Shown piece after piece: positions 50,762-62,331 of a stretch of DNA of 64,000 bases. The first letter of the stretch is position 1, and each line of letters starts with the position of its first letter. This DNA is from Iphione sp. A-MEVVRFRX5 (lineage: Eukaryota). Location of the stretch: contig OZ320314.1 of assembly GCA_976226885.1 (NCBI GenBank), positions 39,432,001 to 39,496,000 of the forward strand, given 5' to 3'. Made by a program: the position numbers and the translations under genes. The notes under the pieces were generated by a model, which had not been told where the DNA came from, ran no database searches, and saw only the letters and a list, made by a program, of their open reading frames with translations.

Positions 50762-53700
50762 CTAATGGTTTCCCTAATACAGCGTGCTGGCTGCCTCTCC
50801 GTCCACCGAACACTGGGTAGATGGGCGGATGTCACGAGAATGAATAAGTGTGTGGCCTGCGTAATGCTTTCATACAATATAGTAAGCCCGAGTAGTACGT
50901 GAGGCAGGAGGTTTCCTGGGTATCCTCATCAGTCTGACCGGCAGTTCTTGCAGCATTGTCAGCCCAGTTTCCTTATCAGCGTGTGTTCCCTGTCCGAAAT
51001 CCTGCTCTCACAACACGGGAGTTCTGTGTTTCTTTGAACGGGACATGTCCTATTCGGAGAAAGTACGGATTCTGTGTAGAGAGCGCGACAAGGACATGAA
51101 ACACGCTGACATGGACATTCTCCCTTACGGACGGATGCCCTTTGAGTAGTGACCGTGGATAAGAGTTTAACACTAGGATACCAGGAAGCCGGCTTCCACC
51201 ATCCCATCCCCCCATCCCCACCACCCCCATCCCTGCAGGATCGGAAGTCCCAGGATCGTCTCATTGACAGCAGACTATCGTTCAGCAGGTCAGTGGAAAC
51301 CTCACTGCCCAGTCGGACATTTACTGAGACGGTGGTAGTGTACAGGAATGCAGTTTGCTGCCCCCACGGCTGCTGCCTAGGCAAGGCTGCCACCCCCATC
51401 CCCAATAACGCTATCATAACCGACTCACCATTTAACCCCAGTGACTGGATACCCAGGTAGATTCTCTCTTGCTTAGTACATTCAGACGGTGGGAACCCTT
51501 CAATGCACTGTTGGGAGGGGGGGGGGGTCATTGTTGTAAGTGTAATTCGAATGATACCCACCGCAGCTTTGCTTCGGGCATAGGATGGAACACAACTCCA
51601 GTTTATAATTTTGTAGTACCACTCTACAAAACCTTACTATCCTCCTGTGCGTTTCTTTTTCTGCCACTAAATTAGTTATTGTACTTTCGTAAACGGGTAC
51701 ATGTTTTTAATATGGAAGGAAAAGTAGGAAACCTATTGGATTCACCCGTAGACAAACCGTTCCAAACCATCTGCCTCTAATTCGTCCACCAGTTCCACTG
51801 ATGTTTCTATCCTTGTTCCAACGTTTCTTGTGGCCGGGTCCACGGCCGCTCCTCCCACTGCCCGGCATTAAAAATACACTTCCCGACTCGTCGCCCTAGG
51901 CACTAGGTCCCACCACTCATCTCCCAACTGTTTTCCTCCACTCGCCAACAATCCCTCCTCTTCCTGCTGCTTAGCGGACGCTCCTGCCAAATTTTTGGGC
52001 GCAATGATCCTCTGATTCCAGCAGCCTTTCCTCTCAACGGCCACCCCGCCTGTAAGCTCCATCCTCCCCCTTGCCGCTTTCGGAGGTGTTTCCGCGCTCT
52101 TTGTGTGATACATCCTCAACCCCGACTTTCTCGATTCGTACCACGAGTCAGTTATTTCCCACCATAACTTACCCCCTCCCCAATCACCCTTTCCCTACCC
52201 GCTTTCTCTAAAGAGGCCCCGACTAGTTAGCTAACAACTTTTCCAGGAAGTGACCCGCTTCTGTTTTCTCCTCTTTCGTGGCATTCACCAATTGTCCACG
52301 TTTACGTATCCCTGATACTGTTGGTCTTTACTCTCCAGCCAGTAGATTTCCATCTCTAGTCTTTCTGTTACAAATGAAACATACGTAACAGTCCCTCGTC
52401 ATCTAGACGCCAGCCCCAGCATGCCGGCCCTCGTGTTACGTCTGTATCGATTGCCCTCCTCTCAGTATACTGTGATCCTTCCTCCCAGTGGAAAATTTAT
52501 GCTGTCCATGCTGTTACCTCATCTGCTAGCTAGGAAACCTAAAAATGTGTAGTCAAGCACTTAAAGGCCTATCTAGCTTGGATTCATGACATAAGATTGG
52601 AACAGGACCAACTTTTTATAGTTATGTCCCCCATTTAAATTGGTCACTACCGCATCCCTTGTCCATAAGGTGAAAGAGGTGTTACATGTAGAGATCCGGT
52701 GTTGATGCAACAAAGTCACTGCACTTTGCACATAAGCAGCTCGGCTGTCAAAATTACGTGCCGCAGGTTTACCTTTTCAAGACATCTTGAGAAGCACTTA
52801 ATCAGAAGAAAATACATTCAAACCGTTTTATTCTAAAAACATTCTTTAATGTGAGTATGATTATGATCAATTATCAATTCTATGATAATCTTTTCCGAAG
52901 AATTCATTCCTTGATTCGGTCTGACCATAAATATCTCGCCAGTCTGTCGTCGCCTTGAGTGAAGGCAAACTAGAGTTCTGGAGTTACCTTAGCTTTCAGT
53001 GCACAGTGACTTTAACTCCCTGGTGAGTCCCTCTTGTAGGGAGTAAGGACAGGTATCCAACCCATTGTTCTGGATATTATCCCTCCTTTCGACTTGCTGG
53101 TAGTCATTCACCTGCCCTACCTTGTAATGCTCAGCAGGCTTGAAGATAATCAGTTCCAGTCCCATAGGTTTCATTCCTTCCTGTTAGACTTGCTTGACAG
53201 TGGATGTAGCCTAAATTTTAATACAGGTCTTGTCCACCATGTGGACATAGTGAGATCCCTCTCACCCACCCAGCGCTACCACCTCACCTTATTAGTGTGC
53301 TTGCTGCTGTCAGCCAGTCCGCACCTATCCTCAGTGTCCTGGAATGTTTGTTGTCTGGATTCTGCCCTAGACCTAATGAAACGTGGTATATTGTCCGAAG
53401 CACATCGATAAACTCTGTCAGAGGATAACCTAACCAAGGTACTGGAACAGGTTTTGGGCCATAGCTTTGTCTTCAACGCGACCCATATGTTTAAAGTCTG
53501 TATGGAAAAAAAAACACTTCTTTGATAAATTTAGCAAAATCGGTGAGTAGACTCACGGACTGGTTAAAGTTTATGGCTGTGCTAATGTGCAACACAAGTG
53601 CCCCTTTCCGGACGTGCCATATTGCGGACATGAACATACAGTGGACAGCTTGCGCGTAGAACCAAATTACATGTACATGTACTTGACTTAATTGTAATAT

Positions 53701-55415
53701 AAGATCATAATCCGGAGATGACCACCTTATGGACAGTTTCAGCTCAGACCCCAGCTGTGTCCATAATGTGGCATTTTAGTGTACGTTCTTAACCATACTT
53801 GGCGTTAACTTTCCCTATCCGGAACTCATCATAAAGCCGCCAATATGAGCGCCAACCTACAACCTTCAGGGGAGAGCCCCAGTCTGGGTGGATGGGTGTT
53901 GATAACATGCTCGGGCGAACAGATGGAATAAGAAACGAGACAACCTTAGAAGAGAAGCTCTCCTTACCACGAGGAGGACAGTGACAAAAGGTAGACTTGA
54001 GGGAGGGGGGAGGGAGAGAGACCGGTCGCGCATCCCTTGCCTGCCGGGATCCGTATTGCGGAGGTCCAGGCGGGACGACCCCCGGTGACCCCGCGGGCAT
54101 CGCAGCTGCATACCGACAGGCGTTGTCGGCCAGACACGACCACAGCCAGACGGGTTGCCAGCTGGTCAGGTAAGGGAGGGCCCGGGCAGCCCACTGGCTA
54201 CAACATAGGACAAGGCGTGACATGTCAGGTCGGCCCACTGCAAAGGCAACACCGACCACTAAACATGCGTTATACACACGGGATGAGGCCCTTGGTGGAG
54301 AGGTCGGGGGTCACGCTGTACATACATGCCGAGATTTACATCCAACTAGTCAGGTCCCAGACAGGATGTTGTATAAATACATGATTTATTTAGTGTCGGC
54401 GATCAAAGACCGAGCGCTTGGCTCCTTCCGGCCCGTCGGAGAAGAAATCGCTTTTAGATAATCGGGAGGAGAAATCTTTGCAGCTTTAATCTTTCTTTTT
54501 TTTCAGTCCTTATAATGTTCTGTACGTTTCGCTTTTGATAGAGCGCTTCAAACATAAAAGGACAAATCTATTTTCACTTCAAAGACAAAGGTTTTGGAAA
54601 CGATGGAAGGTACATGCGTATTACAGGCGGCTGTTGCTGCTTTTAACTGCATGACGGCTGTTGCTGCATGACGAAAAAATGGGTAGAGAGTCGACTGAAT
54701 AATGTGAATTGAAGTGTTTTAAAGCAGTGAACTCTTCATTAGAGTTGGAATGGGGACTTTTTTTTTTTATATCGCCTCTGAGTCTTGGTATAGGGATGAC
54801 CCCTAATGTCCATGTAAAGGCATTTGTTTTAAGTCTACTCTTTAATGTAATAGCGACATAAAAGAGATTTGTTAAGCTCAGGTGTACAGCTGTTTACGTA
54901 ATGTAGTACATGTACAATTTATACATTAAAATGTGAAATGAAAGATAAACGCGTTCCTTGTTCCAGCACTCTTGTAGGTCCCTTTTTGGGTGGGGGGGGG
55001 GGGGAACTTGTATATACAAAGCTGCGAACGCAGAGGCAGTTCTAGTGAGAATCAGTCACGAGCAGTCGTGCGTGGGAAATCTTAGTAATCAGTGTTCAGA
55101 TTCAAGCCCGTAAGGACGAGAAACTTGTGCAAAGGGGTCTCCTAGAACCACATTACTTCCTCTACAGGCGCTCAGATGGTGTGATCCTCGGGTGTACTTG
55201 CGCTCTGGTCTCTTTCTTTCTCTTTGTTCCTTTCTTTTTCTTTCTTTTCGAGTTAACGTTTCCAAGGTATTGAATTTAAAATTGTAATCACCACACTTCA
55301 AGGCAGGAATTCGGTTTGTTGAAGTAACCGACTTATCCGTTCACAGTGTGGGAGAACAAGATGGCATCTCCCTCCCACCATAGACGCTCTCCATATGAGC
55401 CGACTATAGGGAGAC

Positions 55416-55725
55416 GGGATGTCTACACCTTTCACAAAAATCTTAGTGGGACCCAATGTCTGCACCTTCACTAAATCTTTCAGGGGGACCGATCATAGAG
55501 GGAATGTCTGCACCTTCACTAAATCTTTCAGTAGGACATATCATAGCGGGAGTGTAGACACCTTCATTAAACTCCTTACAACGGGACCTATCAGGATAGT
55601 GATGTTTGCACCCTCACTAATACATTCAGCGGGACTTGTCGTAGAGAGATTGTTGACACCTTCAGTAAATTCTTACAGTGGGACCCATCAAAGCGGGAAC
55701 GTCCACACCTTCACTGAAATCCTGT
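55416..55725. repeat. ~46-48-bp diverged minisatellite, about 7 copies
   Basis: Repeated (a/g)tgtctgcaccttcactaaatctt..gggacc.atca unit. Confidence 0.85.
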
Positions 55726-56125
55726 TCCTGTTCCCAAGGATAACATATTCATGTAAAGAAAATGTGACTGCAACTGTCGAGTGCAGATGTACAGTCTATA
55801 CACATATGTAAATCTCTATCCACATTTCTAAGGCAGGACGCCGGTTTTCACAGTAACTGCTCGTCTGTTCACAATGTGGTACAGAAAACTGCTCTCTGTT
55901 CTCAAGTGTTGTCCTTCCCTAAGGACCAACGCAGAACAGAATCAAACAGTGTCTTTGACAACTACAAGCAGAGCAAAACTTTTGCGGGCAAGGAACTTGC
56001 CTTTCTCCTCATAAACACGTCTCCAAAAGTTGTCCTGTGTAGTCTTTTTGTCGGCGTACTCGTTTCTGATTCGTTATTTGTCGCCTCCTGATTTTAAATG
56101 CAGTTTGTTTTCCCTTTCTTTCCAG

Positions 56126-56187
56126 ATTCCTCAAAAAATCAAGCAAAAGTGATAAAGGCAGCAGGAAGCAGTAAACTAGATAGCAAA
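56126..56187 (+). CDS. LARP1: LARP1 exon (DSSKNQAKVIKAAGSSKLDSK)
   Basis: Strong pyrimidine tract ttttccctttctttccag and donor AAA|GTGAGT. Phase 1 to 0 joins the exon ending at 26759 to 56702. AKVIKAA resembles human AKVVRAA. Confidence 0.85.
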
Positions 56188-56701
56188 GTGAGTATTTTCA
56201 GTTTCTTGGCCATCCTGGCAGTTGTTAGCTCTCACCTGTTGGGGTGTGCTATCTTTATTTCTACTTTCTGTTTCATGTTCCTTGAATTTCTTTAAATACC
56301 GACTCAGTGTCTCTCTGTACGCCACTGACCACTGTTGGAGGTGACAATAGGGATAGTGTGAATCCTTCTCTATCCTTCACTCCAGGGCTCTGCCTTTCTT
56401 TTCCTATCTCCCCTTCGAGCTCCAGTGCTGAAGAACTGGACAGACCTTCCTTGTCTGGCCTATGATAAACAAGAGAGTTATGGTAGGAGATTTTATATGT
56501 CAAGAGGGTCGAGTAGTTGAAGAAGCTATTTTTCTGAAAGTTTTGAAGTGAAGTGGCATTACAGAATACTTAACATTTAGTAGGCTTGCTTAACATTATT
56601 CCCACTCAGTTTCGCAGCGAAGACTTTGACGTGTCAAGTTGTAGTCTTGTATGTTACTTTTTACATTCGACCTACAGTTATTCTATTTCCTTCTTTTGAA
56701 G

Positions 56702-56755
56702 GGGAGTGATTTCAGTGACGTTGCAAACTGGCCAGCTCTGAACCAAGTCATAGAG
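56702..56755 (+). CDS. LARP1: LARP1 exon (GSDFSDVANWPALNQVIE)
   Basis: DFSDVANWP matches the LARP1 DFGDAINWP motif. Acceptor ttccttcttttgaag, donor GAG|GTAAGT, phase 0 to 0. Confidence 0.9.
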
Positions 56756-58286
56756 GTAAGTAACGGACGCATATTTCAATACATTTAAGGAACCAGTTTA
56801 TCGCTGCTCGTAGGTATGTGTTCTTGTATTTCACCATGGCTGGCGATATTCATTCAGCAAAGAAGTTGCATACTACATATAGTTCACAGAAGCTGTATTC
56901 GGGAAATTTCCTCCGAACATTGGTCAGGAGGCTTGTAATTGCGAATAAAAAGAAAGCAAATTTGTAAATTGCGTATGAGATTGCGGTTTGGGTCTATTTG
57001 GGTTTTGAGGGAACTTTCTTCAACACATAATTGCACATTAACAGTATCAGAACCCCGCCCCCTTTATTTTTATCTTAATTAGAACATTCGTCCAAAAAAG
57101 ATCCGTTTCTAGTGACATATTGAAAAATTATAGTATGACAAATTATATATGGTGGACATTTTTTCCCCATTTACACAAATTTCACAGTGAAAAGCTAGTT
57201 AGTATTTCTCAAGCCTGAAGCTATCGCTTATACTCCCAGGATATTAATAAAGTAAATGCTATATGGAAGCTGATGATCCATGGAACAAAGTGGTGTATTG
57301 TATGTGCCTGTACTTTTATTCGTAATACATTTGTTGAACAATATATAATAAAATGTTCCAACAGGCCCAAAATAGGGATGGGTTGGGTTACTTTAAGCAT
57401 TTTTTTTTTTTAAGTAGCCTTTATGTGTTGCACCATAATACGTTCGTTGCCCAAATCAGTACTGTCCCAGCATGCAGCAGTACATGGTATGCAACGCTTC
57501 TGTTTCTAGGTCAAAGGGTTGTCAAAACTGATGTTATGTGTATGTAAACTGTGAAATTCTCTCCCTACTTCATGTATCAATTAATTAACAAAAGAGAAAT
57601 GTTTAAGTAGTAAACCTAAATCCTCTCTGAAGTTGTGAATTTTGCAAGAATGCTTGGGAGGTAAAGAATGGGTGATAATAGGGGAGTTACCACATATTCC
57701 TTTGAGAACCTCCAGATTTGCTTTAAACAAACAAAGGATAATTTTTATGTAAGCACTTGAGCTAAGAAATAGTCTCACCTTTTGCCTTATCATAATTCTG
57801 TCAGTTAAAAAAATCTAATTCCAAGTATGTAGAGTTTTTAATCAAAAAGTCGAGAGTTACTCAGTTTTTAGATGCAACAGGAAGTGGAGCATACCAAGTG
57901 TAGTTGTGCATTGGTAGCAGTACTGGATAGGCGAATAGAATAGCTTTATATACTAAAGATAGTCATAAAAAAGAAAAGGTGGTAAATGAATTATAGTGAA
58001 GTGTACGTGTTCACAATCATTTTTGGGAAGTATTCTTCGGACAAATGGAAAGCATGCATGGTATGTGCTGGAAGCACTGTCCACATTCTCTAAACACTGG
58101 GTGTTGCTGTAACCTATGTGTGTTCTTTGTGTGGTATATCAATTTACCTCTCTTCTGGTATGGTGCTCTGGCATATTGCTGAGCAACGCAAGAAGGGAAG
58201 CAGACAATTTTACTACTTTTTAAAAAAAATGCATTTTGCTTTGATACATGGTATGAAAATTTAAAAAGGGCACTTCTCATTCACAG

Positions 58287-58533
58287 CAAACGGCAAAGCA
58301 CACTGTTCCAGCCAAAAATGGCGGGGAATCGGCAAAGACACAAGCCCTCAAGCAACAACACCAGTCACAACAAAAGGCGGCCCCGCAAGAGCAGACGCCA
58401 CCACAGACACAGACGCCGTCACAGACGCAGCCAGCCACCACGCATGCACTGTCCGACTCGGGCGGTGACGACTCCTCCAAGGAGAACAAGGAGTCCGGGA
58501 ATGGTGATGAGCAGAAGACGACTCGGAGGAAAG
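58287..58533 (+). CDS. LARP1: LARP1 exon (QTAKHTVP...SDSGGDDSSKENKESGNGDEQKTTRRK)
   Basis: Acceptor cttctcattcacag, donor AAG|GTGCGT, phase 0 to 1, open frame. The acidic/basic segment resembles human ESGEEKNGDEDCQRGGQKKKG. Confidence 0.88.
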
Positions 58534-58824
58534 GTGCGTGGATGGGGGGGGGGGGGGGGGGAGGAGGGGAAGCTGGGAATCATCAACGAGGAGAAGACAA
58601 ACGCTAAGCATTCAAATGGACAGCTTATTTAAAAAGGAAATACAAGTTACGGAGTTGGAATTTATAAGGAATTTAGTTAGCCCGCTGCCAAATGAACATG
58701 TAGTTTACCTCACTGTACCTGCTGAAGCTCACAGCTGCGTCCTCTGCTTGTGTAGATATAGCGTGTCCGACAGATTGAAATAATACATTCTCTTGTACAT
58801 CTTTCTCACGCTGCGGACCAACAG

Positions 58825-59034
58825 CGGGCAGCCGTCAGAAGTGGGTGCCGCTGGACATCGACCCGCCCAAGCTCAACCATCGGCAGGCGCGCAAGAGCAA
58901 GAGTCCCTCAGGTGAGCGAGCCCGGCGCCAGCCCATCAGGGAGCGGGCGGCCAAGGCGGAGCGCGTGGGAGAGTTGATGAGGGAGAGCTCCAAAAACGAG
59001 AGAAATGCCACGGCCAAAGAGGGCGCGTCGCAAG
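58825..59034 (+). CDS. LARP1: LARP1 exon (AGSRQKWVPLDIDPP...KEGASQ)
   Basis: KWVPLDID matches the LARP1 KWVPLQID motif. Acceptor ccaacag, donor AAG|GTATTT, phase 1 to 1. An alternative in-frame donor lies at 58911. Confidence 0.88.
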
Positions 59035-60358
59035 GTATTTGGTGTTGCCCCGTGTGCCAGTCTCCACAATCACACTTAATCACTCGTGACCTAACTGCTC
59101 TCCTGAAAGCGCCTCACCTGTGCTTTGTTTGATTTAATTTCTTCCTGTCTTGAAGGGGTGCACTTGTTCTGTGCCTATTGTTGTTATTGTTGGGGATTTT
59201 ATTTGTTGTGGCTTTAATTATCTTGCTCGTGTGGCTTTGTAAACCTGAGCAGTGGAACACATGCAGATGTACTTTGGAGTTATGTACGACACTTGTTACT
59301 AACGTTTCACCTGCAAGGTCATGCTGCAGGGGCCTCAGTGCAGAGCTTCTTTTTTTTTTTTTTTTTTTTATCTTCAGGGAAGCCTTGCTCTAATCTTGCA
59401 GAATATAGGGGCATATATGTCACTTTGAAGACTGAGTCAGCCCCAAAGAACTGTGAATGGAATACATGTATATATGTACGGCTTCATGCAAATGTTTATT
59501 GGGATCGGGGATTTGTTTCCTAGTAGAAGGGGCGTTGTAGAAGGGAAGATTATTTTAACCTCGTCAGTAGTAGTACATCTATATCCTAGCATTCTGACAT
59601 TTTAACTCCCAGTGCTATATCCTTGGCGTCACATCTTGGATGAGGTGATTTTGTAGCACGGACACGAAACGCTATATGGGAGTGCCACTTCACTCTGCCG
59701 GTATCATTTTTACACACTCCAAACCTCTAAGTGACCATTTTGAAAGTACATTTTGCTGCCGGAACTTTGGTTCATTGCGTGGCGACTAGAGGCCCCATGT
59801 GAAATGTGTGTGTTAGCCAAGCGTGCAGACCCCAGTTACTCGTGTGCTTGCTACCGAACGTGATGGATCAATTAGTTTTCGGACTAGGCTGAATGCTTCT
59901 TTCCTAGCATGAAAAACGCTAGGTTTATAGATTGTTTGCCTTATGTTTTTAGCGCAAAGTGATCAGGTAGGCGTACTACCTAATAAGCTTTTCGTGCTAA
60001 TTACGATTTAGAGATTATGTTGACCAGTACACGTTTACTACATGTACTGTGTCTTGAGAAAAAAAAAATAGCACGACAGAATTTCTGAAGATCAGATCTG
60101 TTTTCTCATATCACATAACAGATCAACAAAAAAAGACAAATTATCAGATCATGCATAGAATCTTAGTCATAGAATTTTATTTTTCTCTTCCTCTTAAGTA
60201 CTTTGTGTACATAGCTTTTATAGAACCTAAGTCCACTTTTATGAAATTGATGCTTCATGACATTGCTGGAGAATTCGAATGATACCACTGTCAGACCTAT
60301 ATTTTAACCTCATGCTCTCCTCTGACGTCGTCCTCCCCACAATCCTCCACTTCCTCAG

Positions 60359-60520
60359 GCTTTGACTCGAAGAACTGGCGCGAGGACATGCGGCCGCTCA
60401 GCCCACGAGAGCGGGGAGAGCGGGGCTACCGCGGCAGCCGGAGGGGTCGCGGCCGCGGCCGGGGGAGCGGCCGGGGAGTTGGACGAGGGGGCAGCCGACC
60501 TGACAGCACCACTGAATTCG
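60359..60520 (+). CDS. LARP1: LARP1 RG-repeat exon (GFDSKNWREDMR...RGRGRGRGSGRG...STTEF)
   Basis: RG repeat typical of LARP1 upstream of the La motif. Acceptor cacttcctcag, donor TCG|GTAAGT, phase 1 to 1. Confidence 0.9.
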
Positions 60521-60874
60521 GTAAGTCGATCGACTCAGTTTTCCGTCATATCAAACCAAACCCTCTGGGCCAGGTCATTGCATCAACCAAATGAGTCTCT
60601 TGTCCAGGCTCCCATGTTGTTAACAACATGAAGATGTTGGTACATGTAATCACTTCTAGAAAAGTGCGCGTGTTTTGTCTGCAGGGAAGCCATGGTTATC
60701 TAAGCTTAGTCATTAAATTGCTTCTCACTGTACCATCTATCTGGAAAAAAACACCGCACAACGGTGTCCATGGTCGGCCCTCTGCAGGGTCTAGGAAGGA
60801 ATGTGATGAACGTGGATCCGTGCATGCAGATGAAAGTATGTGCCAGACTGTCATTAGTGTTGTTCCTGTTGCAG

Positions 60875-61004
60875 GGAGTGGGACGGAGCAGTTCTACATG
60901 GACCCCAGTATGCTTTCTCTCTACGGAGGACAGCTCTTCATCAACAGCTTCCAGCAGTACCAGATGGATGAGAACCTTCTCAAAGAGTACATTCGGAAAC
61001 AAAT
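60875..61004 (+). CDS. LARP1: LARP1 La-motif start exon, variant A (GSGTEQFYMDPS...MDENLLKEYIRKQI)
   Basis: DENLLKEYIRKQI matches helix 1 of the LARP1 La motif (human DQELLKDYIKRQI-EYYF). Acceptor ttcctgttgcag, donor AT|GTGAGT, phase 1 to 2. Confidence 0.9.
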
Positions 61005-61400
61005 GTGAGTCCACTGCTGAAGGCAGCAAACAGCTCCGCCTCATCAACAGAGACCCTTGCCACAAGTTACTCACTTAGTCCCCCCGTTTGTCCCTCCCAT
61101 CTTACTGTTAAGATTTATCTTTTATCTGTTATTAAAATAAGACACGGGTCTTTTCGTCTTTGTTGCCCCTCTCTACACTGATTCGTCGAGTAAAATTCCC
61201 CTCCATTGTTTTAATTTATCATGTTCGGTTTTCTGTCCTCGTACATGGTGGGCCTTACCTTATGTGTCCTCTCCCCCTCCCCTTACATTGGCTCGTCTAT
61301 CATTTTTCATCTGTATTTCCCTCTATCATATAATCCAACCTCACTGGTGAAAGTCACGTATTCTACCATCTAACACTAATCCGGTTTCTTATATCCAAAG

Positions 61401-61423
61401 TGGCAGTTCAGGTAGATGGCAAA
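61401..61423 (+). CDS. LARP1: Candidate LARP1 micro-exon (VAVQVDGK) feeding variant-B exon
   Basis: Branch-point-like CTAAC/CTAAT at 61370-61380 and a pyrimidine tract. AG acceptors at 61400 or 61406, donor AAA|GTAAGA. Converts phase 1 to phase 0, as the exon at 62231 requires. No homology support. Confidence 0.45.
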
Positions 61424-62230
61424 GTAAGAAGCCTAAAGGAATGGGAAGGGAGGGCTCATTGTTTTCCCCGGTTATACGTGTGTTACCGATGATATGCAGT
61501 TGCAATTATATAAGAATGAATTACAAATATGATTTTCATCTCATTAGTCCATTATATATTTGATTATGCTGTTTGCTGCATGAATGGCTTTGATAAAATT
61601 CACCGAGTTTGAGAGTGAGTGGATTTCCCCTTGCATGGTTTCGCCTGTTTGTTGAATATAACGAATGGACAATTTAGGACAACTCACTTCACAATAGTAG
61701 TAATTAAATGAAACTCGAGAGGTTTGTAGCATACGTGTACTAAGTGTGGCCTTTCGCCCGGATTTTGATGAAAGCAGGTCGGCCTGTTATTTTACCAGTG
61801 TAAACCGCTGTCATCCTACTACTGAAAATCTATATCGGGCCTACAGTATTGACTAATCGTTCCCCAAAAAGTAAATGATAAAACATGCTGCAGCGGAAAG
61901 TGAAGCTGTCTCATTGGCATGAAAAGTTACATCTGCGGTATTCAACTAATTATTGCACGCACAAAAAATATTATCGGGTGCGTTAGTTGTACATTCCAAG
62001 ATGAGGTCTGTTTCTTGTATTATAACAGTTTGAAAGCACTGAAATCGTAGTTCTCCCCGATGCCCCGCACTTCGCCATCACAAGTTTGTGATTTTTAAAA
62101 AATAAAAGCATCAAAATGAGTGTATTGTCTTTCGACAATGTGGAAATCTGCTATAAATGGGAAGACCTTTAAAACACACATACCGTCTCTATTCTCTACT
62201 TCTATCCTTCATCTCACATGACCCTCGCAG

Positions 62231-62331
62231 CTTCGACCCATGTCAATGATGTCATATATATACATTAACAGCTACAGTAATCAGTTCATGGTGGAGGAGA
62301 CTTCGCTTATGGAATACGTACGCAAACAGAT
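62231..62331 (+). CDS. LARP1: LARP1 La-motif start exon, variant B (LRPMSMMSYIYINSYSNQFMVEETSLMEYVRKQI)
   Basis: Open frame paralogous to exon 60875-61004 (FINSFQQYQMDENLLKEYIRKQI vs YINSYSNQFMVEETSLMEYVRKQI). Long pyrimidine tract ending ctcgcag, same phase-2 donor AT|GTGAGC. Confidence 0.75.

Noticed and set aside
50905-50935. Minus-strand CUGAUGA...GAAA
   Set aside because: Stem II does not close next to GAAA and there are no stems I/III; chance match.
51149-51455. Exon-like ORF ending ...DSPFNPSDWIPR|GTAGAT
   Set aside because: No in-frame ATG, and the phase-2 donor fits neither downstream LARP1 acceptor; no recognisable homology.
52900-53480. Possible Penelope GIY-YIG relic on the minus strand (..CPYSLQEGLTRE)
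   Set aside because: Only a vague resemblance; no diagnostic motif could be aligned with confidence.
55416-55725. CRISPR-like periodicity in this and other minisatellites
   Set aside because: Units are wholly repeated with no unique spacers, there are no cas genes, and the context is a eukaryotic intron.
55419-55811. 130-aa repetitive ORF
   Set aside because: Translation of a diverged minisatellite.
60628-60874. In-frame upstream extension of exon A (ORF 60628-61008)
   Set aside because: The only extra acceptor (ctgcag, 60684) is phase 0 while the upstream exon ends in phase 1; the peptide has no LARP1 similarity.
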